From Rubrivivax sp. (GTDB lineage Bacteria > Pseudomonadota > Gammaproteobacteria > Burkholderiales > Burkholderiaceae_C), in assembly GCA_027491255.1 (NCBI GenBank), contig JAIXWM010000120.1:2884-66883 (forward strand): a stretch of 64,000 nucleotides of DNA, in the 5' to 3' direction. The translations under genes and the position numbers were made by a program. The notes beneath the pieces are model-generated. The model saw nothing but the letters and a program-made list of their open reading frames with translations. It had not been told where the DNA came from and ran no database searches. Below are positions 47,565 through 55,982 of the stretch, one piece after another (position 1 is the stretch's first letter; each line of letters starts with the position of its first letter).

Positions 47565-49112
47565 ATGCCCGTGCTGCCTGCGGCACTCCGACTGTCTTTG
47601 CTTCCCAGAACTGCCTTGCCACGCGATCTCTGCACGTCCGTGACCGATGCCTGCCGCCGGTGGCCGCTTGGCGCTGCGCCGGCTTGCCTGCGCTCGCTTG
47701 CAAGCTTCGTGGCCACTGGGTCGGCGGCGGTTCTTGCCCTGTCTTCGGCGCTGGTGTGCGGGCTTGCCCATGCGCAGACGGCGGCGGATCCTGCGAACGG
47801 CGCCACTGCGGTGACGACCGTGGCCGCGCCACGCCGCGCCGAGGCCAGGGCGTTGATACGCGAGGCCCTGGACACCCACCCGGCCGTCCTGGCCGCGCGC
47901 CAGGCCCAGGACTCGGCGCGCTTCGACGTCGAAGGCGCGCGCTGGCAGTTCTATCCCACCCCGTCGATCGCCTATGAGGCCACCAGCCGACAGACCAGCG
48001 CTGCGGCCAATCAGCGCTCCGGCGTCCTGCGCCTGCAGCAGCCCTTGTGGACAGGCGGGCGTCTGACTTTTCAGCTCGACCGCGCGCGGGCCAATGAGCA
48101 GGTCAGCGGCAGCGCGGTCGATGTCGAGCGGCGTGACGTCGCGCTGCGCATCATCCAGGCATTGGGCGAGCTGCGCACGGCCGCACTGAAGCGCTTGGCT
48201 TATCGGCGCAGCGGGGCGCTGCACGTCGAATACCAGGCGCTGGTCCAGCGCCGGGTGGCCGAAGGTCTGTCGCCCCAGGGCGATGTCGTGCTCGCGCGCT
48301 CCCGCCTCGTGTCGGTGCGTGCCGACCTGGAGGCAGCCCAGGTCCAGCAGGCGCAGGCCCTGAACCGGCTCGAGCTGCTGCTGGGCCGCAGCCTCGAGCT
48401 CGAGGAGCTTGCAGAGATCCTGGCCGATGCCCGGGACGACGCAGGCGCCGACTGGGCCAACCCCGGTCTCGAAGCCTTGCTGACCCGCGCCGCCCAAGCC
48501 AGCCCGGCGCTGCAGCGCGCGCTGTTCGAGATCGATGTCCGCCGTACGGAGGTCGACCTCGCGCGCAGCAGTCTCGCGCCCCAGGTCTCGGTGCGCGCCG
48601 AGCACGCTCGCGGCAGCACGACCTCCAGCGCCTCGACACTGCACCTGAGCGTGGCGAGCAACTTCGGTCCTGGTTTGTCGGACCGCTCGGGCATCAGCGC
48701 GGCGCTGCGCCGGGTCGATTCGAAGCAGGCAGAGCTGGAGGCGCGTCGGCGTGACGTCGCCGACCAGGTGCGCGCCGACTACCTGACGGCGGAATCCAGT
48801 GAGCGTCGCCTGCAGGTGCTGTCGGACGCCGCGGCACTGGCAGCCGACGTCCTCGTGACCTGGCGCCGCCAGTTCCTGGCGGGTCGCAAGACATGGCAGG
48901 ACCTGATGAACGCAGCCCGCGAGAAGGCCCAGGCCGACGTTCAGCTCGCCGAGACGCGTTCGGTGTATTGGGCCGCGGTGCAGCGCCTGCGCATCGCTGC
49001 GGACGGCCTGGACGCCTACCTCGACGGCCTGCCGGCCGCCGAACGGCCCGCAACGCTGCCGCCGACGGACGTCCGGCCTTCCACTCCATCTTCGACCGAG
49101 GGCGCGCGATGA
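47565..49112 (+). CDS. TolC-family outer membrane channel of a T1SS (start uncertain, 47565 or GTG 47640)
   Basis: Signal ending in LAHA/QT; ALDTHPAV, QFYPTP, LQQPLWTGG, QFLAGRKTWQDLMNAARE. Confidence 0.9.
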   Translation: MPVLPAALRLSLLPRTALPRDLCTSVTDACRRWPLGAAPACLRSLASFVATGSAAVLALSSALVCGLAHAQTAADPANGATAVTTVAAPRRAEARALIREALDTHPAVLAARQAQDSARFDVEGARWQFYPTPSIAYEATSRQTSAAANQRSGVLRLQQPLWTGGRLTFQLDRARANEQVSGSAVDVERRDVALRIIQALGELRTAALKRLAYRRSGALHVEYQALVQRRVAEGLSPQGDVVLARSRLVSVRADLEAAQVQQAQALNRLELLLGRSLELEELAEILADARDDAGADWANPGLEALLTRAAQASPALQRALFEIDVRRTEVDLARSSLAPQVSVRAEHARGSTTSSASTLHLSVASNFGPGLSDRSGISAALRRVDSKQAELEARRRDVADQVRADYLTAESSERRLQVLSDAAALAADVLVTWRRQFLAGRKTWQDLMNAAREKAQADVQLAETRSVYWAAVQRLRIAADGLDAYLDGLPAAERPATLPPTDVRPSTPSSTEGAR

Positions 49113-51319
49113 ACGTGGACACTGCCGCAGCACCGGCACCGCGCCCCAATCTGCGCGCCCAGGCCGCCTTCGCGGCCGTCATGCGACTGGCGCAGCTGCG
49201 TCGCGAGCCGGTGGACGGCCTGGAGATCCGGGGTGTGCTCGAGGGCTTCGGCGCCGAATGGGCCGAGATCGAGATGATCGAGGAACTCTCGCGCCAGCTC
49301 AACCTGCCGATGCCGGTGTGGAGCAAGGCGCCAGACGACGGCAGGCTGCCCATGTTGGCCCTGTCCCCCCAGGGCGACTGGGGGGTGGTCACGGCGCGCA
49401 ATGGCGAGGGCCATTGGGTCTCGAGCTGGTGGGACTCTGGCGAGCGCAAATTCCGGGAGGAGACCGTACCGGACTTCGCCAAGGGCCACCGGTTCGCACG
49501 CTGGAGCGTCGCGCCGCGCTTCATCGCCAGCAAGAGCCCGACGCTGCGCCTGATCGTCAGCGAGATCCTGAACCAGAAGCGCGGCCTGCTCGACGTTGCC
49601 GCCGGCACGCTGGCCATCAGCGTGCTGGCCATGGGTGCGTCGTTCTATTCGATGCAGGTCTACGACCGGGTCGTCCCGACGCAGGCCGAATCCACGCTGC
49701 TGGTGCTGACCATCGGCGTCACGATGGCCATCCTGTTCGAGATGCTGGGCAAGTGGATGCGCTCGCACATGCTCAACCGCATGACCGATGCGATCGACCA
49801 GCGCCTGGCGCGGGCGATCTACACCCGCTTCCTGTCCTTGCGGCTGGACCAGCTGCCGCCCAGCGTCGGCTCGACCTCCGCACGCATGCGCAGCTACGAA
49901 AGCGTGCGCGGCTTCCTCGTCGGCATCGCCACGCAGGTGATCGTCGACATCCCGTTGGCCCTGCTGGCGCTGCTGGTGCTGGCCATCATTGGCGGGAAGG
50001 TCGCGCTGATTCCCGGCTTGTTTCTCTTGCTGGGATTCGGGATCGGGATGGTGTTCCGCGGGCGTACCGAGCGGCTGGCCAAGCTTGGAACCCCCACGCA
50101 ACATTTCAAGACCGGCCTGTTGGTGGAAAGCATCGAAGGCGCCGAGACCATCAAGTCAGGGCAGGGTGGCTGGCGGATGTTGTCGCGCTGGCTCGACCTC
50201 ACCGACCAGGCGCGCCAGCACGACATGGCCATGCGCGACATCGCCGACCGCTCGCAGCATGCGGTCGCCACCCTGAATCAGCTGGCCTATGTCCTGATCG
50301 TCGCCCTCGGCGCGATGGCGGTCGGGCAGGACAGCTTCACGATGGGGGGGCTGATCGCGTGCTCGATCCTGGCCGGCCGCATCCTCGGCCCGGTGACGAT
50401 GCTGCCGAGCCAGTTGACGCAGTGGGCGACCACCAAGGTATCGCTCCAGGACCTGGACCGGCTCTGGGCGCTGCGGCAGGACCACCCGGAGGACGTGCGG
50501 CCGCTGCAGATCGACAACCTGCAGGGTCGCTTCGAACTGGCCGACGTTCGCTTCAGCTATGGCGGCAGTCTCGGCCTGCTCGCGCCGCGGCTGCAGATCC
50601 AGCCTGCCGAGCGCGTGGCCGTGCTCGGAGGTGTGGGCAGCGGCAAGACAACGTTGCTGCGCGTGCTTTCCGGGATGTACAAGCCCCAGGAGGGCCGTGT
50701 CACGCTGGATGGCCTGGACATCGACCTGATCGCCAAGAGCTCGCTGGCTCACCGCACGGGCTACGTGCCGCAGGACGGTCGGCTGTTCGCGGGCACGCTG
50801 CGCGAAAACCTGGTGCTCGGCCTGACCGACCCGGGCGATGACGTGATCATGCAGGCCGCCGCCCGCACGGGTCTGCTCGATGCGGTCATCGCCCCCGACT
50901 CGCGCGGCCTGGAGCGCCCCATCTCCGAGGGCGGTATCGGCCTGTCGGGTGGACAGCGGCAGCTCGTGCACGTGACGCGCGCGCTGCTGCGCATGCCGAC
51001 GATCTGGCTGCTGGACGAGCCCACGGCGTCGATGGACCAGGGACTGGAGGTCAAGGTCATCCAGATGCTGCAGGACGAACTCAATGCGCGGCCGTCGAGC
51101 ACTCTCGTGCTCGTGACCCACAAGCCGCAGATGCTCGTGCTCGTCGATCGGGTCATCGTCTTCGCGCAGCAGCGCATCGTGATGGACGGGCCGCGCGACC
51201 AGGTGCTGCAGAAGCTGATGGAAAAGCCCGCCGCGCCCGAGCCCGCCGCGCAGTCCCGAGCCCCTTCTCCGGCGCCGGTCTTCGGCGGTCTGTCGGTCGG
51301 CCAGAGGAGGGTCGCATGA
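49109..51319 (+). CDS. T1SS ABC transporter with N-terminal C39-like domain (LapB/SiiF-like)
   Basis: SMQVYDRVVP, Walker A GGVGSGKTT, LSGGQRQ, LLDEPT, VTHK; ATGA overlap with tolC; no catalytic Cys seen in the N-terminal domain. Confidence 0.95.
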   Translation: MNVDTAAAPAPRPNLRAQAAFAAVMRLAQLRREPVDGLEIRGVLEGFGAEWAEIEMIEELSRQLNLPMPVWSKAPDDGRLPMLALSPQGDWGVVTARNGEGHWVSSWWDSGERKFREETVPDFAKGHRFARWSVAPRFIASKSPTLRLIVSEILNQKRGLLDVAAGTLAISVLAMGASFYSMQVYDRVVPTQAESTLLVLTIGVTMAILFEMLGKWMRSHMLNRMTDAIDQRLARAIYTRFLSLRLDQLPPSVGSTSARMRSYESVRGFLVGIATQVIVDIPLALLALLVLAIIGGKVALIPGLFLLLGFGIGMVFRGRTERLAKLGTPTQHFKTGLLVESIEGAETIKSGQGGWRMLSRWLDLTDQARQHDMAMRDIADRSQHAVATLNQLAYVLIVALGAMAVGQDSFTMGGLIACSILAGRILGPVTMLPSQLTQWATTKVSLQDLDRLWALRQDHPEDVRPLQIDNLQGRFELADVRFSYGGSLGLLAPRLQIQPAERVAVLGGVGSGKTTLLRVLSGMYKPQEGRVTLDGLDIDLIAKSSLAHRTGYVPQDGRLFAGTLRENLVLGLTDPGDDVIMQAAARTGLLDAVIAPDSRGLERPISEGGIGLSGGQRQLVHVTRALLRMPTIWLLDEPTASMDQGLEVKVIQMLQDELNARPSSTLVLVTHKPQMLVLVDRVIVFAQQRIVMDGPRDQVLQKLMEKPAAPEPAAQSRAPSPAPVFGGLSVGQRRVA

Positions 51320-51371
51320 GCGCTGCCGTCCGGGTTGGGGGATGGTCATGCCTTGACCGGAGGCCAGTGCG

Positions 51372-52517
51372 ATGAGGCGCCTGAACTTCGGGGCCTGGAC
51401 CGGGGGGCTGCTGCTGCTGATCGTCAGTGCCTTCATGCTCTGGGCGGCGTTGTTCGAGCTCGACCAGAGCGTGCGTGCCCAGGGCCAGGTCATCCCGGAA
51501 GACCGCACGCAGGTGATCCAGGCCGCCGACGGTGGCGTGCTGCAGTCCCTGCTCGTCAGCGAGGGGCAGCGCGTTCGCAAGGGGCAGCTGCTGGCCAGCC
51601 TGGAGAAGGAACGCGCCTCCGCTGCGGTCGACGAGGTCGAGAGCCGGATCGCAGGCCTGTCGATCAACCGCATCCGCGCCCTGGGCGAGGCCAGCGAGAC
51701 CACACCCGACTACGGACGCTTCGCGCGCACCCACGCCGATGTGGTCGCGGTCCAGCAGGCCTTGTACCTTCAGAACCTGTCGGCCCTGCGCACCGAGCTC
51801 GAGGCCCTCGGCGGGGCCCTGCACCTGGCCACCGAGGAGTACGAGCTGACGCAGCGGCTGTTCGAGAACGGCGACGTCAGCCGTGTCGAGCTCATGCGTG
51901 CCGAACGCCAGGTGGTGGAGTTGCGCCAACGACGCGACGGCGTGCGGCAGAAATTCCGCACCGATGCGCGCAAGGAGATCGCCCGCATCGACGAGGAGAT
52001 GAACAGCCAACTCAGCAAGCGTCGCGAGCGGCAGAGCATCCTCGGTCACACGAACATCGTGGCGCCGCTGGACGGCGTGGTGAAGTACCTGCGCATCAAC
52101 ACGCTGGGCGGTGTGTTGCGTGCTGGTGACGAATTGATGCAGATATCGCCCACCGAAGGCGGCTATGTCATCGAGGCCAAGATCAACCCCGTGGACATCG
52201 GCAAGCTCAGGATAGGCCTGCCGGTGGCGGCGCGCTTCGATGCGTTCGACTACACCGTCCACGGCACGCTCACCGGACGTCTGACGTACTTGAGTTCAGA
52301 CACTCTGGTTGAGCAGGGGTCGGGTGGACAAAGTAACATTTACTACCGTTCTCACATCCTCATGGAACCGCAGCAAGCCAACCCGAAGCTGACGCTGGGA
52401 CAACTCAAGCCCGGCATGACGGCGACGCTGGATTTCCAGACGGGCAAGAGCACGGTGCTGGCCTTCATCGCCAAGCCCATTCTGCGCGCCTTCAGCGGTG
52501 CGCTGACCCAGCAATGA
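51372..52517 (+). CDS. T1SS membrane fusion protein (HlyD family)
   Basis: N-terminal TM, VRAQGQVIP, GGVLQSLLVSEGQRV, IVAPLDGVV, LKPGMTA, KPI. Confidence 0.95.
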   Translation: MRRLNFGAWTGGLLLLIVSAFMLWAALFELDQSVRAQGQVIPEDRTQVIQAADGGVLQSLLVSEGQRVRKGQLLASLEKERASAAVDEVESRIAGLSINRIRALGEASETTPDYGRFARTHADVVAVQQALYLQNLSALRTELEALGGALHLATEEYELTQRLFENGDVSRVELMRAERQVVELRQRRDGVRQKFRTDARKEIARIDEEMNSQLSKRRERQSILGHTNIVAPLDGVVKYLRINTLGGVLRAGDELMQISPTEGGYVIEAKINPVDIGKLRIGLPVAARFDAFDYTVHGTLTGRLTYLSSDTLVEQGSGGQSNIYYRSHILMEPQQANPKLTLGQLKPGMTATLDFQTGKSTVLAFIAKPILRAFSGALTQQ

Positions 52518-52560
52518 GTTCGCCGATGGCGTCCTGCCGGGCGGTTCGGTCGCACGGGCA

Positions 52561-53259
52561 ATGAAGTCCGAGACCGGCTTCCAGTTCTGGCCCGGCTACG
52601 TGGCGGCGATCAGCTGCCTCGTGCTGGGGCTGCTGCTCGTGGCTTCTGTGGTTGCGTCCTTGACCACGCAGCTCGGCCTGATCGCCGCCGATGTCAACTC
52701 CGCCTTGCTGGCGCAAGCCTTCAGGCGCGCGGCGGCGCGTGCCGAGGCGCAGGCGCAGGGCGACGCCGCCGCGGTTGCACGCCCCGCGGCTGCTGCGACT
52801 GCGGTCGCCGTGGCGCCGCCCTCCGTGGCGCCGCCGCTGCCGCTGCCGGCCGAGCCCCCCGTCGTCCCGCTGCCTGCGGCGACGGCGCCGGCAGCCCTGC
52901 CGCAGGCAGCGGTCGACAACCACCTGACCTTGATCTTCGGCGAACAGGTGTCGGGCATTCCGCCAGAACGGCGCCCCGAGATCGCAGCTTCGCTGCGCGA
53001 ACTCACGGTCGCGCCAGGCTCGTCCTGGCGGGTCTGGGCGACAGCGCCGGACGGCGAACTCGCCCGGCGGCGCAGCACTTTCAGATTGATGGTCGCGGTG
53101 CGCACGTTTCTGGCGGAGCAGGGCATTCCCGAGCGGGCCGTGGAACTGCGCCTGCTCGAGGGCCCGGTCACCGGCAATCCGGGCGACATCGTCGTGCGGG
53201 TCGGGCCGGCGCAGGCCGGTGTCACAACGCCTGCGGCTGCCGCGGCGGCTCGCCCCTGA
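52561..53259 (+). CDS. MotB/SiiA-like membrane protein, paralog 1 (no channel Asp)
   Basis: FWPGYVAAIS then a single TM, Ala/Pro linker, C-terminal OmpA-like segment (MVAVRTFLAEQGIPERAVELR). Confidence 0.65.
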   Translation: MKSETGFQFWPGYVAAISCLVLGLLLVASVVASLTTQLGLIAADVNSALLAQAFRRAAARAEAQAQGDAAAVARPAAAATAVAVAPPSVAPPLPLPAEPPVVPLPAATAPAALPQAAVDNHLTLIFGEQVSGIPPERRPEIAASLRELTVAPGSSWRVWATAPDGELARRRSTFRLMVAVRTFLAEQGIPERAVELRLLEGPVTGNPGDIVVRVGPAQAGVTTPAAAAAARP

Positions 53260-53273
53260 GGACCGAACACGCC

Positions 53274-54338
53274 ATGGACAGCAGCGCATTGCCGCACCGG
53301 GTGGTCAGTCGCGAGGAGGTCGATGCCTTGCTCGGTTTCGCGCCGGCGCAGGGCGCGGCGCCTGATGCGGCGCGGGACGGCGCGGTCCTGACGCCGGGGC
53401 AGCGCTTGGACCTCGAACTCGAACTGCCGGCACCGCCGTCGCGCGCACGTGCGGGCTGGCGCACCGCCGCGCGCCCCATCGATGCGTGGCCGGAAGCGAA
53501 ATTGCGACCTGCCGCCGTCGCCGTCTGGCTGCGGCGGCCCACCCAAGGCAGGGCGGTCGAGTGGTCCGGGATCGATTTCTGGCCGGCCTACGCCGACGTG
53601 CTGTCCAACGTCGTGCTCAACCTGCTGTTCCTTGTCGGCACGTTGACGCTGGGCCTGGTCGTGCTGAACCAGGAAGTGGTCGGATTCCAGAAGCGTCTGG
53701 CGGCGTTGATGTCCCAGGAAGTGCCGGCGCCACGGCGGACTGTGCAGGCCGCGCCGGCGCCCGCGCCGACCACCGCAGCGGCGCCCAAGGCTGCGCTGCC
53801 TCCTGCTGAGGCTGCGTCCTCTGCCGCGTCTGTCAGGCTGGTGCCTTCCACGGCTGCTGCGCCCGCTGCGGCCGCACCTGCAGCGGCGCAGGAGGCGTCC
53901 CCGCGGCCCCTGCGCGAGTTTGCAATGCGCAACGAGTCGGTGGCGCCGTCCGGGGGGCCTGCGGGCGGCGGCGGCGTGGCGACCGCCGAGCAGCGACGGA
54001 TCGCCGAGTCTGCCGCCCAGACCTTGGTCGGAGGGCGCCACGCTGCCACGCTCGTCTTCGACCTTCGCGAGACACGCTGGCCGCGGTCGCGACCCATCGT
54101 CGGGGCCGAGCACCTCGGCCCGGACGATCGACGCGCGCTCGTGGCCTTCGCTCCGGTGGGCAACCGGCGACTGATGGCCGATGCCTTCAGCCGCTTGACC
54201 TCGGTGCGCGAGGCCATGGTCGCCTCCGGCGTGCCCGCCAGCCGCATCGACTTGAGGATCGCTCCAGTGCCGCCCGAACTGGAGAACGACGACAGCGTGT
54301 CGGGCAGTGTCTTCGTCATCAACCTGGGAGGGTCCTGA
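53274..54338 (+). CDS. MotB/SiiA-like membrane protein, paralog 2 (Asp retained, ~100-aa N-terminal extension)
   Basis: FWPAYADVLS then a TM, Ala/Pro linker, OmpA-like C-terminus (RLTSVREAMVASGVPASRIDLR). Confidence 0.72.
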   Translation: MDSSALPHRVVSREEVDALLGFAPAQGAAPDAARDGAVLTPGQRLDLELELPAPPSRARAGWRTAARPIDAWPEAKLRPAAVAVWLRRPTQGRAVEWSGIDFWPAYADVLSNVVLNLLFLVGTLTLGLVVLNQEVVGFQKRLAALMSQEVPAPRRTVQAAPAPAPTTAAAPKAALPPAEAASSAASVRLVPSTAAAPAAAAPAAAQEASPRPLREFAMRNESVAPSGGPAGGGGVATAEQRRIAESAAQTLVGGRHAATLVFDLRETRWPRSRPIVGAEHLGPDDRRALVAFAPVGNRRLMADAFSRLTSVREAMVASGVPASRIDLRIAPVPPELENDDSVSGSVFVINLGGS

Positions 54339-54368
54339 CCGTCTGCCGAGTCAGACGCGCCAGGATCC

Positions 54369-55751
54369 GTGAATGCCATGGCTGCAGTGCTGGAAAACCT
54401 TTCGACCGTGCCCGACCAAGACCTGGAAGAGGCCGCCACTTCGCGCCCTGCCGGCCGCGTGCGGGCCGTCGCGCCGCCTGCGGGCCCTGGACGGGCCGTC
54501 GTCCGCGACTGGGTGTGGGTGCTCGCGCCGACGCTGATGCTCGGGCTGGTCATTTTGTTGCTTTTTCGCAATCCCTTCCTGTATGCACTCACCTCGATGC
54601 CTGGCAGCCAGATCGTGCAGGCGATCGTGGTGGCCTTCGCCGGCGGCTTGGGCTTGGTGTGCGCCGCGCTGCATCGTTTCGGCACCGAGAGCGCGCTGCT
54701 GGCGCAATGGCGTCATGCAGCTTCCGTCGAGGCGCGCGAGCGGTTGCTGGACGGCTGGGGCCGCCCGTCCTGGGTGCTGTCGTTGCTGCGGGCGCTTGGC
54801 GCTCGCGAGACGTCCGTCTTCGAGCGGCAGGTTCGGCTCGATGCCGAACTTTCCGCGCTGCGCGAGCGCCTTGCCGGGCGCCTGACGGCGCCGAATTACC
54901 TGGCAGGTTCCTTGATCGGGCTGGGCCTGGTGGGCACCTTCCTCGGCTTGATCGCGACGCTGGGTGACCTGGGGCGGCTGTTCGACTCCCTGCTGGGGGC
55001 CGACCGGGCCGGCATGAACCCCACCGACATGTTCGCCGACATGGTGCGCCGGTTGCAGGAGCCGATGCAGGGCATGGGGACGGCATTCGTCTCCTCGCTG
55101 TTCGGGCTGGTGGCTTCATTGCTGCTGGGATTGAATGCCCTGACGGTGGCGCGCGCCGGCAGCCGGGTGGCCGACGACGCCGCCGAGCTGGTGCGGCAGT
55201 TCGAGGCCGAGCGGTCGACGGCTCAGGCGGCGGAACTGGAGTCGGTGGCGGCGCAACAGCGGGAGACCTTGGCCTTGGAGATGAAGCTTCGGGCCGAGGA
55301 ATGGCGGCGCTTCCTGGACGACCTGGTCGAATTGCAGGCGCGTCAGGAACACCAGGCCTCGCTCTGGCGTGAGCAGATCGCGGAGATGTCCGAGAACACG
55401 CGCACGCTGGCCAACGCCTTGCGCGATCGCCTGCGGGTGGACCGCGCGCCGGCCCGGCTGAGATTGCGCGAGGACAAGAGCGCACCCCGCCGCCGGGCCA
55501 CCCACGGCCTGGAGTCGGCGTCCGGTACCGGACTGGACGGCACGGCTCTTTGGAAGAACATCGGTGAGTTGACCGCCGCCCAGGGTGAAAAGCTGGCGGC
55601 GGAGCTGGGTCGCATTTCGCAGGAGCAGACCGGGCTGATGTGGAACATGTCCCAGAACCTGGAACATCTTTCCGATCTGCTGCACTCCACCTTGAGCCGC
55701 CAACTGTCGCTGACCTTGACCGTGGATCCGTCCCGCAAGCCCTCCTCCTGA
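54369..55751 (+). CDS. MotA/TolQ/ExbB-family (SiiB/ZorA-like) channel subunit with cytoplasmic helical tail
   Basis: About 4 TM segments; GLGLVGTFLGL and GMGTAFVSSLFGL motifs; predicted coiled-coil C-terminus; GTG 54369 or ATG 54378. Confidence 0.78.
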   Translation: MNAMAAVLENLSTVPDQDLEEAATSRPAGRVRAVAPPAGPGRAVVRDWVWVLAPTLMLGLVILLLFRNPFLYALTSMPGSQIVQAIVVAFAGGLGLVCAALHRFGTESALLAQWRHAASVEARERLLDGWGRPSWVLSLLRALGARETSVFERQVRLDAELSALRERLAGRLTAPNYLAGSLIGLGLVGTFLGLIATLGDLGRLFDSLLGADRAGMNPTDMFADMVRRLQEPMQGMGTAFVSSLFGLVASLLLGLNALTVARAGSRVADDAAELVRQFEAERSTAQAAELESVAAQQRETLALEMKLRAEEWRRFLDDLVELQARQEHQASLWREQIAEMSENTRTLANALRDRLRVDRAPARLRLREDKSAPRRRATHGLESASGTGLDGTALWKNIGELTAAQGEKLAAELGRISQEQTGLMWNMSQNLEHLSDLLHSTLSRQLSLTLTVDPSRKPSS

Positions 55752-55789
55752 GCGGGCCCGGGGTGTGCCTGGATGTCCGGATCGCAGGG

Positions 55790-55890
55790 CTGTGTTGAAA
55801 TATTAGTTTGAAAACATTTGTACGTGAGAAAATCTGAGAAGCACTGAACCTTTTGCGCAAGGGTGCTGCAAGATAATGTGACTTGAATGA
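55790..55890 (+). promoter_or_regulatory. AT-rich putative promoter region of the adhesin gene
   Basis: GTTGAAATATTAGTTTGAAAACATTTGTAC...AAGATAATGTGACTTGAATGAA is far more AT-rich than its flanks; exact elements not assigned. Confidence 0.45.
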
Positions 55891-55982
55891 ACCGAATGGG
55901 GAGACTGCGTGCGTTCGTTGTGGGGGTTCTGCCGTGGCTCGCCTGAGTCCGCGACACGGAGACGGGGCCTCGAGGAGGGTGG

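Noticed and set aside
52561-55751. Zorya anti-phage system (ZorA/ZorB resemblance)
   Set aside because: No ZorC/D/E-type helicase or nuclease genes adjacent; the module sits between a T1SS and its likely substrate, fitting SiiAB better. Shared ancestry is not excluded.
52561-55751. Flagellar stator or Ton/Tol system
   Set aside because: No flagellar, tonB or tolA/tolB/pal genes nearby; the A subunit has a long tail and the B subunits precede it.
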